From the NCBI GenBank assembly GCA_965237415.1, contig CBDEFM010000001.1, positions 128,001 through 192,000 of the forward strand: a stretch of 64,000 bases of DNA, given 5' to 3'. Shown here piece by piece: positions 18,642-28,134 of the stretch. The notes below the pieces were generated by a model, which saw only the letters and a list, made by a program, of their open reading frames with translations, was not told the DNA's origin and did not search any database. Positions within the stretch are counted from its first letter, which is position 1. Every line of letters starts with the position of its first letter. This DNA comes from Alphaproteobacteria bacterium. GTDB lineage: Bacteria > Pseudomonadota > Alphaproteobacteria > UBA828. A program made the translations under genes and the position numbers.

Positions 18642-19717
18642 CCGTCTCGCCGACCACCGGGCCGTCTCTCACCGTCATCGGCGAGAACATCCACTGCACG
18701 CGCGTCGCGCTGCGCAAGGGCAAGCGCATCGCCGAGCGCGATGGCGCCGAGACGATCCTCTACCGCACGGCCGAGGGGGAGGAGCGCGCGCTCCCGGTCA
18801 CTGAGGAGTCCAAGCGAACCAAGGACTACGAGGAGGGGCGGGTCAAGCACGTCCAGGTCGCGATCGAGACCGCGATGGAGACGGCGGCGAGCGATCCGCC
18901 GGGCGATCCGGCCGAGGGCCTGCGCTATATCGAGGCTCTGGTGCGCCATCAGGAGCTGGCGGGCGCCGCATTCCTCGACCTCAACGTGGACGAGATCTCG
19001 CCCAAGCTCGCGGTGCAGACCGGCGCCATGACCTGGCTCGCCGCGACTGTCCAGGGGATGACGGCGCTGCCGATCTCCGTCGATTCCTCCAGCGTCGACG
19101 TGATTCGCGCGGGGCTGGAGGCGATTGCGCCGGCGCAGGCGCGCCCGATGCTCAACTCCGCCTCGCTGGAGCGGCTGGAGGCCCTCGACCTCGCACGGGC
19201 GCACGACTGCCGCGTGGTGGTGACCGCCGCCGGCGAGCGGGGCATGCCGAATGGCGCCGAGGAGCGGGTGGCGAACGCCTCGCGGATGGTCGAGGCTGCG
19301 CTCTCCAAGGGCTTTGCCATCGGCGATCTCTACATCGACCCGCTGGTCTTCCCCATCTCGGTCGATTCCCGCTTCGGCCACCACTGCCTCGATGCGATCC
19401 GGAGCTTACGCGCCCGCTTCGGCGCGGGCATCCACATCACCGGCGGCATGAGCAACGTCTCCTTCGGCTTGCCGGCCCGCAAGCTGCTCAACGAGCTGTT
19501 CGTCCTGCTCGCGGTGGAAGCCGGCGCCGACGGCGGCATCCTGGACCCGGTGGCGAGCCCGCCGGAGGCGATCCTCGCCATCGACCGCGAAGACCCCCGC
19601 TACCAGCTCGCCGAGGACGTGATGCTGGGGCGCGACGAGCACTGCAGGGCCTATATCCGCGCCTGGCGGAAGGGCCGGCTCGCGGCCGGTCGCGCCGACA
19701 GGCGCGCGGCCGATTGA
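18638..19717 (+). CDS. Pterin-binding methyltetrahydrofolate:corrinoid methyltransferase (AcsE-like)
   Basis: VIGENIH, LDLNVD, ISVDSS, MLNSAS, YIDPLV, GGMSNVSFGLP; ATGA overlap with upstream gene. Confidence 0.85.
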   Translation: MTVSPTTGPSLTVIGENIHCTRVALRKGKRIAERDGAETILYRTAEGEERALPVTEESKRTKDYEEGRVKHVQVAIETAMETAASDPPGDPAEGLRYIEALVRHQELAGAAFLDLNVDEISPKLAVQTGAMTWLAATVQGMTALPISVDSSSVDVIRAGLEAIAPAQARPMLNSASLERLEALDLARAHDCRVVVTAAGERGMPNGAEERVANASRMVEAALSKGFAIGDLYIDPLVFPISVDSRFGHHCLDAIRSLRARFGAGIHITGGMSNVSFGLPARKLLNELFVLLAVEAGADGGILDPVASPPEAILAIDREDPRYQLAEDVMLGRDEHCRAYIRAWRKGRLAAGRADRRAAD

Positions 19718-19736
19718 GGGAGAGGAAACCCGCGCC

Positions 19737-20138
19737 ATGACCGAGACCGACCGGCCACCGCAAGACGAGCCTGCGCTCCGCACGCTGGCCATGCCCGCCG
19801 ACGCCAACCCCAACGGCGACATCTTCGGCGGCTGGGTGCTGGCGCAGATGGACCTCGCCGGCGGCGTTGTGGCGGCGCGGCGCGCCGGCGGGCGCATGGT
19901 TACGGTTGCGGTCGAGGCGATGCGCTTCCACGCGCCGATCGCCATCGGCGACCTTGTGACCTGCTACGCCCGGGTAACGAAGACCGGGCGGACCTCGATC
20001 ACCGTCGCCATCGAGACCTGGGCGCGCCGGCGGCGCGGTCCTAAGGAGGTGAGGGTGACCGAGGGCACCTTCATCTATGTCGCGATCGACGAAGAGGGCC
20101 GCCCCCGCCCCCTCCCCGACGAGACCGCGGAGGGCTGA
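19737..20138 (+). CDS. Acyl-CoA thioesterase (YciA-like hotdog fold)
   Basis: AMPADANPNGDIFGGWVLAQMD; TGRTSI. Confidence 0.9.
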   Translation: MTETDRPPQDEPALRTLAMPADANPNGDIFGGWVLAQMDLAGGVVAARRAGGRMVTVAVEAMRFHAPIAIGDLVTCYARVTKTGRTSITVAIETWARRRRGPKEVRVTEGTFIYVAIDEEGRPRPLPDETAEG

Positions 20139-20171
20139 CGGCGGAGCTTGCTGTCGCCGCAATCCTTCGCG

Positions 20172-21617
20172 TCAGGAGGGGATGCTGGCGGCGGGATCGT
20201 GGGCCGGGTCGAGGCCGCGAATGACGACGCAGGGCATGGGCGCAGCGCGAAGCACCTTGCACGCCCGCTTGGCGTCGCTCTTGTAGAGCCCCAGGAATCG
20301 CGCCCGATAGAGGGTGCCGGGGCCCACCGCACTGGATTCGAGCATCGCTGCTGCGCCGTTGAGGGAGGGCGCGCGTGCCGTCGCCCGGCGCATGGCGATT
20401 TGAGCTGCCGTGATCGACTCGTAGGCGCCCACCTGAATGCCCCAGGGGCGGGCGGTCACCGAGTCTGCCTCGAACGTGTTGGCCGGCGATTTGGTCCCGG
20501 ACGCAACCGTCGCCCTCGCGACCGTCGGCGCCACAACCCCGGGCTTGGAGGGCGGAGGCGGCGGGCCCGAAGCGACATCGGCCTGCACCGCCTCGGCACT
20601 CTCGATCGGCTCGGCCGGAGGCGCCGCGGCACCTTCGGCCAGTTCGGGCGGCTGGGCCGCCGCAACCAGGATTGCTGCAGGCTTGAAGCGCGCGGTCGGC
20701 GCGGCCAAGCCGGAGCCTGCCGGTGGCCGCGGAATGCCCGCATAACGGACGCGGCCACGCGCGGCGTCGCGCTCGGCGATCCGCGTGAAGCCGAGGTCGA
20801 GAAGATTGGCCATGTGACTGTTGCGCGAGCTCGCGGTCTTGCCGCCAAAGACCACCGCGATGACGCGCCGGCTGTCGCGCTCCGCCGACGCCACGAGGTT
20901 GAACCCCGAGGCGCGAATGTAGCCGGTCTTTATGCCGTCCATGCCGCGGTAACGACCCAGCAGCCTGTTCGGCGTGCGATGCTCCCTCCCCCTGTAGCCG
21001 AAGCGCTCGTCGTCGAAATAGTGGTAGCGGTGCGGGAAATCCCGCATCAGGGCGCGCGCGAGCTGCGCCATGTCCCGCGCCGTGCTGCGCTGCTTCCGGT
21101 TCGGCAAGCCGGACGCATTGCGGAAGGTGGTTCGAGTCATACCCAACGTCCGGGCCTTGCTGGTCATCTTCTGGGCAAACTTGACCTCCGTTCCGCCCAA
21201 CGCCTCGGCGACCACCACGGCGATATCGTTGGCCGACTTGACCACCAACGCCCTGATCGCGTCCTCGACGCGGATCGTCGAGCCGGCGCTAGGCCCGAGC
21301 TTCGACGGCGGCTGCCCCGCCGCCCGCTTGGAGACCTTCAGCTTGGAGTCGAGGCTGAGCCGCCCCTGGTCGATCGCCTCGAAGAACAAGTAGAGGGTCA
21401 TCATCTTGGTCAGCGACGCCGGATACCTGCGTATATCGGCGTTGCGGGAGCGCAAGACCTCGCCTGTTTCGGCGTCGATGACGATGGACGCGTAACGCGC
21501 CTGCGCCGTCTCGGCGGCGAAGACTTGAGACAATGCCAGGACGCAGAGTGAGAGCACGAGGGCGAGCACGATGGAGCCCGGCCGTGAGATTCTTCTTCTT
21601 TTTCGCCGCGCTTCCAC
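20172..21617 (-). CDS. D-alanyl-D-alanine carboxypeptidase (S11) with C-terminal SPOR domain
   Basis: ASLTK (SxxK), SAN, KTG motifs; WGIQVGAY SPOR. Confidence 0.9.
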   Translation of the reverse strand: MEARRKRRRISRPGSIVLALVLSLCVLALSQVFAAETAQARYASIVIDAETGEVLRSRNADIRRYPASLTKMMTLYLFFEAIDQGRLSLDSKLKVSKRAAGQPPSKLGPSAGSTIRVEDAIRALVVKSANDIAVVVAEALGGTEVKFAQKMTSKARTLGMTRTTFRNASGLPNRKQRSTARDMAQLARALMRDFPHRYHYFDDERFGYRGREHRTPNRLLGRYRGMDGIKTGYIRASGFNLVASAERDSRRVIAVVFGGKTASSRNSHMANLLDLGFTRIAERDAARGRVRYAGIPRPPAGSGLAAPTARFKPAAILVAAAQPPELAEGAAAPPAEPIESAEAVQADVASGPPPPPSKPGVVAPTVARATVASGTKSPANTFEADSVTARPWGIQVGAYESITAAQIAMRRATARAPSLNGAAAMLESSAVGPGTLYRARFLGLYKSDAKRACKVLRAAPMPCVVIRGLDPAHDPAASIPS

Positions 21618-21752
21618 GTCCGCCCCGCCCCGCCGCCGACTCGATACGGCGTTCCATATGGGTTCAAAGCGGGGCGCCCGTCAAGAAAAGCCTGTGGAAG
21701 ATGGTTTGGAAGTCGTTGATTCGGCGCCATCTCTGGCCAAGATCGGCCACTC

Positions 21753-23147
21753 TCAGAAGTCGGGCGGATCGACGCCACTCGACCGGAGTTGCACGACGAG
21801 ATCGTCCTTCAAGCGCCGCAAGGCGGCATCGTCCGCAGCCTCGCAACGAGCCACCAACATGGGCTGGGTGTTGGATGCGCGCAGCAGCCACCAGCCGTCC
21901 GCGCTTTCGGCCCTGACACCGTCGATGGCGGTGAACGCCGCACCGGCGGCGCTGAGCCGCGCGCGGACCTCGTCGGCGACCTGGAACTTACGCTCATCCG
22001 GGCAGGGGAAGCGGACCTCGGGCGTGCTCACCTGGCGCGGCAGGTCGGCCCTGAGCGCTGCGAGCGAGCGCCCCTCGCCGGCGATCAGCCGCAGCAGCCG
22101 GAGGGCGGCATAGAGCGCATCGTCGAATCCGTAGTAGCGATCGGCGAAGAAGATGTGGCCGCTCATCTCGCCTGCGAGCGGTGCGCCCACCTCCGCCATC
22201 TTCGCCTTGATCGGCGCGTGGCCCGATCGCCACATCAGGGGCGTGCCGCCGAGACGGGCGATTTCGTCGAACAGGACCCGGCTCGCCTTGACGTCGCCGA
22301 TGACGGTGGCACCCGGGCGTTCGCGCAGCACCTCGCGGGCGAGCAAGGCCACGAGCTGATCGCCCCAGAGAATGTCGCCGGCTCCGTCCACGACTCCGAT
22401 ACGGTCGCCATCGCCATCGAAGGCGATGCCGAGATCGCAGCGCTCGGCCCGCACGGTATCGATCAATTGAGACAGGTTCTCCGCCACCGTGGGATCCGGG
22501 TGGTGGGCGGGAAAAGTCCCGTCGACCGCAGCGTTCAGCAGGATATGACGACCCGGGAGACCGTCCGTGAGCGCGCCGAGCACCGCGCCAGCGGCGCCGT
22601 TGCCGGCATCCCACGCCACGGTGAACGATCCCTCGCCTGCCTCGACGAGAAGGCGCGCGACATACGGCCCGGCAAGATCGGCTCCCGTCGCCCTGCCCGT
22701 GCTGCCCGCCAAGGCGTCGCCGGCGGCGACGGTCTGCGCCAGTTCCTCGATGTCCGGACCGAAGAACGGACGGCCGCCCAGCACCATCTTGACGCCGTTG
22801 TAGGCCGGTGGGTTGTGCGAACCCGTGATCATCATGCCGCCGTCGCTCTGACGCTCGTGGACGGCGAAGTAGAGCATCGGGGTCGGGCCAACGCCGATAC
22901 GGAGCACGTCGGCGCCGGCGGCGGTGAGTCCCTCGATCAGATGGGCCTCCAAGTCCGGCGAGCTCAGCCTGCCGTCGCGACCCACACAGATGAGCGGCGG
23001 CCGACCGGTGGCTGACCGGCGCCGCGCGATGGTGGCGAAGCCCCGGCCGATGGCGGCCATGTCGGCCCCGGTCAGCGTCTCGCCGACGATCCCCCTGATG
23101 TCGTACGCGCCGAGGATCGCCGGGTTGAGCGCATGACCTGCGCTCAT
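21753..23147 (-). CDS. Phosphomannomutase/phosphoglucomutase
   Basis: YDIRG, ITGSHNP, AFDGDGDR, GEMSGH. Confidence 0.95.
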   Translation of the reverse strand: MSAGHALNPAILGAYDIRGIVGETLTGADMAAIGRGFATIARRRSATGRPPLICVGRDGRLSSPDLEAHLIEGLTAAGADVLRIGVGPTPMLYFAVHERQSDGGMMITGSHNPPAYNGVKMVLGGRPFFGPDIEELAQTVAAGDALAGSTGRATGADLAGPYVARLLVEAGEGSFTVAWDAGNGAAGAVLGALTDGLPGRHILLNAAVDGTFPAHHPDPTVAENLSQLIDTVRAERCDLGIAFDGDGDRIGVVDGAGDILWGDQLVALLAREVLRERPGATVIGDVKASRVLFDEIARLGGTPLMWRSGHAPIKAKMAEVGAPLAGEMSGHIFFADRYYGFDDALYAALRLLRLIAGEGRSLAALRADLPRQVSTPEVRFPCPDERKFQVADEVRARLSAAGAAFTAIDGVRAESADGWWLLRASNTQPMLVARCEAADDAALRRLKDDLVVQLRSSGVDPPDF

Positions 23148-24460
23148 GGAGAGGCCGCCGGCCGGCCGACGCTCACGTAGCGAATGCCGGCGTCGGCCAC
23201 CTCACTCGGCTCGTAGATGTTGCGGAGATCGATCATAAGCGGCGTCTTGAGCAGCCCCCGCACGCGGTCAAGGTCGAGCGCCCTGAACTCGTTCCACTCG
23301 GTGAGGATGACCAGCGCATCGGCGCCTGCCATCGCGTCGTAGGAGTCCCGGCACCAGACGACGCCGTCGAGAACCTGCCGGGCCTCCGCCATGCCGGCGG
23401 GATCGAAGGCCCGGATCGTTGCCCCTTGCGCCATGAGCCCCGGCACGATCACGAGGCTCGGGCTCTCCCTCACATCGTCGGTGTTGGGCTTGAACGTGAC
23501 GCCGAGCACGGCGATGGTCTTGCCAGCGACGGAGTCGCCGCAGGCCTGCACGATCTTGTCGACCATCGCTGCCTTACGCTCGCTATTCTTGCGCAGCACG
23601 GCCTCAACGATGCCGCTGGGCGCGCCCGCTTCCTCGGCGATACGCACGAAGGCCGCCGCATCCTTGGGGAAGCAGGAGCCGCCGAAGCCGGGGCCTGCGT
23701 GCAGGAAGTACCGCCCGATGCGGCCGTCGAGGCCGATGCCCTTGGCTACGTCCTGAACGTCGGCGCCCAGCCGCTCGCACAGGTCGGCAATCTCGTTGAT
23801 GAAGGTGATCTTGGTCGCCAGGAAGCAGTTGGCGGCGTACTTTATGAGTTCAGCCGTCTCGAGCGTGGTGAAGAGCACCGGCGTCTCGGCGAGGAACAGA
23901 GGCCTGTAGAGCGCCCGCATGACCGCCTGCGCCCGTTCGGACTCGACACCGACGACGACCCGGTCGGGGCGCATAAAGTCGCCGATCGCGGAGCCCTCGC
24001 GCAGGAACTCCGGATTCGAGACCGCATCGAACGAAGCGTCAGGCCGTCGCTCCCGAATGATGCGCGCGATCTCGCGCCCGGTGCCGACGGGCACCGTCGA
24101 TTTCGTCGCGACGACGGTGTAGCCGTCGAGGGCGTCCGCGACCTGGCGCGCCGCCTCATGGATATGGGTAAGGTCGGCGTGGCCATCGCCGCGCCGGCTC
24201 GGCGTGCCGACGGCCAGCATCACCACATCGGCCGCCGGTACGGCGGCGGCCAAGTCCTCGGTAAAGGAGAGGCGTCCGGCGGCAACATTTGCCGCGAGCA
24301 GCGGCTCCAGCCCCGGCTCGTAGATCGGCACCCGCCCGGCGCGGAGCGCCGCAATCCTCTCCGACTCGGAATCGACGCAGGACACGGTTAGCCCGAATTC
24401 CGAGAAACAGGCCGCCGACACCAGGCCGACATACCCGGCACCAATCATCGCAACGCGCAT
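23144..24460 (-). CDS. ugd: UDP-glucose 6-dehydrogenase
   Basis: GAGYVGL, KSTVP, NPEFLREG, GFGGSCFPKD. Confidence 0.95.
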   Translation of the reverse strand: MRVAMIGAGYVGLVSAACFSEFGLTVSCVDSESERIAALRAGRVPIYEPGLEPLLAANVAAGRLSFTEDLAAAVPAADVVMLAVGTPSRRGDGHADLTHIHEAARQVADALDGYTVVATKSTVPVGTGREIARIIRERRPDASFDAVSNPEFLREGSAIGDFMRPDRVVVGVESERAQAVMRALYRPLFLAETPVLFTTLETAELIKYAANCFLATKITFINEIADLCERLGADVQDVAKGIGLDGRIGRYFLHAGPGFGGSCFPKDAAAFVRIAEEAGAPSGIVEAVLRKNSERKAAMVDKIVQACGDSVAGKTIAVLGVTFKPNTDDVRESPSLVIVPGLMAQGATIRAFDPAGMAEARQVLDGVVWCRDSYDAMAGADALVILTEWNEFRALDLDRVRGLLKTPLMIDLRNIYEPSEVADAGIRYVSVGRPAASP

Positions 24461-24502
24461 GGCGGTGCTCCCCGATCAAGGTCCCGCGTGCTACGTGCCG
24501 CC

Positions 24503-25381
24503 CTACGAGGCCGGCACGATCTCACGCAGAAAAGGCAAAAGATCCTGCTTCAGCGCCGGCCTCTCCAGGGCGCACGCGATCGTCGCTTGCAGAAATCCAG
24601 CCGGGCTCCCGCAATCGAAACGTCGGCCGGTGAAGCGTACGCCGTGAAACGGCTCTTCCCGCACCATCGAGGCCATGGCGTCGGTCAGCTGAATCTCCCC
24701 GCCTGCGCCCGGCCCCTGCGCGGCAAGCCGCGTGAAGACGCCCGGTTGCAGAACATAGCGGCCGATGAGCGCGAGCCGCGACGGCGCGCGGTCGGGGTCC
24801 GGCTTCTCCACCATGCCCGAAAGGGTGACGGTGCGCCCATCCTCGGCTGCAACCTCGACGATCCCGTATCGGCAGGTCTCGGCCTGCGCCACCTCGGCTA
24901 GCGCCACCACGCTCCCCCCTGTCCGGCGGTGAACCTCGACGAGCTCCGCGAGACAGGGCGGGTCCGCCACGAGCAGTTCGTCCGGAAGCAGCACCGCAAA
25001 CGGTTCGTCGCCAACGAGATGCCGCGCACAAAGGACGGCATGGCCCAAGCCCAGCGGCTTCTCTTGCTGCGTGAACGCAGCGGTGCCGGGCGCGAGGACC
25101 GCGCTCGCTGCGAGCGCCAGGGCCGTGTCGTCTTTGCGTTCCGCAAGATACGCGTCGAGCTCCTCGTCGCGATCGAAATGATTCCTGATCGCCGCTTCTC
25201 CCCGGCCGGTGACGAAGATGATCTCCTCGATCCCCGCCGCCCGCGCCTCCTCCACCGCGTATTGGATGAGCGGCTTGTCGACCACCGGCAGCATTACCTT
25301 GGGCACCGCCTTGCTCGCAGGCAGGAACCGCGTGGCCATGCCGGCGACCGGGAGCACGGCCTTCCTCACCGATGTTGCCAT
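24503..25381 (-). CDS. galU: UTP--glucose-1-phosphate uridylyltransferase
   Basis: KAVLPVAG.ATRFLPASKAVPK, LGLGHAV, VEKP, EIQLTDA. Confidence 0.93.
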   Translation of the reverse strand: MATSVRKAVLPVAGMATRFLPASKAVPKVMLPVVDKPLIQYAVEEARAAGIEEIIFVTGRGEAAIRNHFDRDEELDAYLAERKDDTALALAASAVLAPGTAAFTQQEKPLGLGHAVLCARHLVGDEPFAVLLPDELLVADPPCLAELVEVHRRTGGSVVALAEVAQAETCRYGIVEVAAEDGRTVTLSGMVEKPDPDRAPSRLALIGRYVLQPGVFTRLAAQGPGAGGEIQLTDAMASMVREEPFHGVRFTGRRFDCGSPAGFLQATIACALERPALKQDLLPFLREIVPAS

Positions 25382-25462
25382 TCCGAGGGCCTCGCCCCGC
25401 TGACCGACAGCGAACAGGGCGGAGATGTGCCACGGCGTCCGCAGCGCGGCAAGCCGCGCAAC

Positions 25463-26209
25463 TCAGCTGCCGAGCAGCAGCTCCTTCGCCTGATTGATCT
25501 TCGCCGCGAGATAGTTGGAGCCGCCGTGATCCGGATGGAGCTTACGCATCAAGGTGCGGTGCGCCTCCTTGATCTCCTCCGTACCGGCGCCGGGCGAGAG
25601 GCCCAGGATCTCGTAAGCCTCCTCGCGAGTCATCGGCGTGCGCCCGGTACTCTTGCTCCTGCGGCCCCAGCCTTGGCCCGTGCCGCCGGCAGCGCCGCGC
25701 TCGCGTTCGGCCTCTGCCTCGGCGCGCTCGCGCCAATCAGGGCCGAGGCTGCGGTCGAGATAGGCCTCCAACAGTCGCCGGCCCTCGTCGTCCCTCGAGC
25801 TGCACTCGTCGAAGAGGTCCAGAAGCTCGTGCTCCGAAAGCTCGTCGAGCCGGCGCCCGGCATGGCGCCCCTGTAGTACCGTGCCTTCCATCTCGCCGCT
25901 GTCATGGTCCAGCGTCATGCGGAAATAGGGAGTCTCGACATCGGAGCGCTGGCCGGCCGTGGGATGCGGATTCATCCGCCCCGCAGCCATGCGGCTCATG
26001 AACCAGGGCAGCCCGGTGAGCGCGAGAGGAAGAAGGGCGAGATGCGCCTTGCCGGTCACGCCGAGGAAGATCGTGGCCGCCGCCCCTGCGGCGATAAAGA
26101 CCCGCTTGACCCACTTCGCGAGGTTCGACGGGTTGGCCGTGGCGAACCAGCGGCTGAGCAGCACGACCAGCACCAGGAGCGCGAGCCCGAGAAGGACGTA
26201 GGCGACCAT
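25463..26209 (-). CDS. Membrane-anchored J-domain (DnaJ-like) protein
   Basis: N-terminal TM helices; C-terminal J domain EAYEILGL...LHPDHGGS. Confidence 0.85.
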   Translation of the reverse strand: MVAYVLLGLALLVLVVLLSRWFATANPSNLAKWVKRVFIAAGAAATIFLGVTGKAHLALLPLALTGLPWFMSRMAAGRMNPHPTAGQRSDVETPYFRMTLDHDSGEMEGTVLQGRHAGRRLDELSEHELLDLFDECSSRDDEGRRLLEAYLDRSLGPDWRERAEAEAERERGAAGGTGQGWGRRSKSTGRTPMTREEAYEILGLSPGAGTEEIKEAHRTLMRKLHPDHGGSNYLAAKINQAKELLLGS

Positions 26210-26259
26210 CGCAAGAGCAGTCTAGCGGATCGGGCGGCGTGTGCAGCGGCGGAGCGTGC

Positions 26260-26970
26260 TCATTTGATCTGATGGGCGATCTGCAACACCGCCTCGCCGC
26301 GCTGGCGGCTGTAATCCTTGAGCGCCTTGCGTCCGCCGGCGGCATAGACCGCAACCGCGCCCAGCAGCTCCTTGAGCTGGCGCGCGCTCGACGCATCGAA
26401 GCGCAGATAGGCGCCGTTGGTGAGCCGCGCAATCTGGCGAAAGGCCAATGCTGCTGCCGGATCCGGCCCTTCGTGGAACATGAAGGCGGGAACCCCGCGC
26501 AGGCCGAGCTCTCCGGCGATGGCGCAGAGCTCGTCCACGTCCTCTTCCATGCTGTCGCCGACGAAGACGAGCGCGTGGACCCGCTGTGCCTGGGTTTCAT
26601 CTAGGGCGTGGCGCAGCACCTTGCGAATCTGGGTGTGGCCGCCGAGGCAGTGCACGGCTGTCATGGCCCGCACCAGGGCGCGCGATTCCTCCACCCAGCG
26701 GCTCGCCCGGCACTCGCCGAAGCCGCGATAGTAAACGAGCTGCACCGAGAGCCCGCCGAGCGCGGCCGTCGCGTCGAACATCTCCCCCTGGATCTGGCAG
26801 GCGCGGTCCCACGTCGGCTCCCGACTCGCCGTCGCGTCCATGGCGAAGATGAGACGTCCGGTCTCGCCATGCTTCACCGGCGCAGGAGTCGCCGCGACAC
26901 GGCGCAGGAAGGCATCGACATCCGCGCTGTCGTTACTGCCCTCAGTCGGTAGTTTCTTGTCGCGACTCAT
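26260..26970 (-). CDS. VWA-domain protein
   Basis: MIDAS-like IFAMDATASR, GGHTQI, VFVGD. Confidence 0.8.
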   Translation of the reverse strand: MSRDKKLPTEGSNDSADVDAFLRRVAATPAPVKHGETGRLIFAMDATASREPTWDRACQIQGEMFDATAALGGLSVQLVYYRGFGECRASRWVEESRALVRAMTAVHCLGGHTQIRKVLRHALDETQAQRVHALVFVGDSMEEDVDELCAIAGELGLRGVPAFMFHEGPDPAAALAFRQIARLTNGAYLRFDASSARQLKELLGAVAVYAAGGRKALKDYSRQRGEAVLQIAHQIK

Positions 26971-26986
26971 GGCTTCCCCGTCCCCC

Positions 26987-27934
26987 CTATATGGGGACGA
27001 CCGGCAGCCGCGCCAGGCGCTCGGTCAGCATGGCGAAGAATCCTTCGGCATCGACCCGCTGCAGGACGCGGGCGTTGGCAGCGGCACCGGTGCGGCCGTG
27101 AACGTCGCAGACCGTCCGCCCGAAGCAGTGGCCGTCGTCGAGCTCGACATCGACCCGCATGGTGCGGCTCTCGAAGAGGTCGGGCGCCAGCAGGTAGGCG
27201 ATGACGCAGGGGTCGTGCATGGGCGCGCCGTGGTGGTAGGCCTCGACGTTGTTCGCGCCATAAAGGTCGAGCATCCCGCAGACGGCAGCCGACGGCGCTG
27301 TCCCGAGCGCGCGGATCGCCTCCAGCCTGGGCGGAGTCGCAATCGCCTGATGGGTGACGTCCAGCCCGATCATGGTGAGCGGCACGCCCGCCTCGAACAC
27401 CACATGCGCCGCGTGGGGATCGGCGTGGATGTTGAACTCGGCCGCCGGCGTGACGTTGCCGAGGCCGATCGCGCCCCCCATGGTCACGATCTCGCGCACG
27501 TTGGCGAGGATCGCCGGGTTCTTGACGATGGCCAGCGCGACATTGGTAAGGGGCCCAAGGGTCGCCAGCGTGATGGGTTCCGTCGCTGCCGTGAGCGTGT
27601 CCACCAGGAAATCCACCGCATGGGCCGCTTCCGCCGGTCGGCTCGGCTCGAGCAGGTCGGCGCCGTCGATCCCCGTCGGCCCGTGGATGTATTCGGCGGT
27701 CTCCGGCTCGCGCACCATGGGTCTCGGGCAGCCGGCATAGACCGGCACCTCGGGCCGGCCTGCCAGATCCCTGATCCGGCGGGCATTGTTCTCGGTCCGG
27801 GCCAGCGGCACGTTGCCCGCGACGGCGGTGATGCCGAGCAGATCGAATTCTTCGGCCGAGGCGAACGCGAGCAGGAGGGCGACGGCGTCGTCCTGGCCAG
27901 GGTCGCAGTCGATGATCAGCGGTCGTGCACTCAT
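26987..27934 (-). CDS. Nucleoside hydrolase (IUNH family)
   Basis: DCDPGQDD, GN, IHG, AEFN..ADP, MHDP. Confidence 0.92.
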   Translation of the reverse strand: MSARPLIIDCDPGQDDAVALLLAFASAEEFDLLGITAVAGNVPLARTENNARRIRDLAGRPEVPVYAGCPRPMVREPETAEYIHGPTGIDGADLLEPSRPAEAAHAVDFLVDTLTAATEPITLATLGPLTNVALAIVKNPAILANVREIVTMGGAIGLGNVTPAAEFNIHADPHAAHVVFEAGVPLTMIGLDVTHQAIATPPRLEAIRALGTAPSAAVCGMLDLYGANNVEAYHHGAPMHDPCVIAYLLAPDLFESRTMRVDVELDDGHCFGRTVCDVHGRTGAAANARVLQRVDAEGFFAMLTERLARLPVVPI

Positions 27935-28041
27935 GGCGATCCTGAATCATACCTAGCCGCGGGGGCGTCGGGTAGTGCCTCATAACGTAATAGCGGGCCT
28001 GGTTCCGTCAGCACGGAATACTCACCAATGTCACGGCCCGC

Positions 28042-28113
28042 GTCGCGCGGAACGCGCGCGGTGCCTTAGGTCGCGCGGAACGCGCGCGGTGAATTAGATC
28101 GCGCGGGACGCGC
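28042..28113. repeat. 28-bp tandem repeat (about 2.5 copies) with CGCGCG-GAA-CGCGCG hairpin
   Basis: gtcgcgcggaacgcgcgcggtgccttag (28042-69), gtcgcgcggaacgcgcgcggtgaattag (28070-97), atcgcgcgggacgcgc partial. Confidence 0.85.
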
Positions 28114-28134
28114 TCGCCGCACTCTGGCCGCCAC

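Noticed and set aside
14788-19717. Ordinary split methionine synthase (MetH) or methanogenesis genes
   Set aside because: No homocysteine-binding (BHMT-type) or SAM-reactivation domain in the operon, and no mcr/mtr genes in the window; the MtaA-like enzyme is not a MetH module.
28042-28113. CRISPR array (28-bp palindromic repeats)
   Set aside because: Units are directly adjacent with no spacers, only about 2.5 copies, and there are no cas genes in the window.
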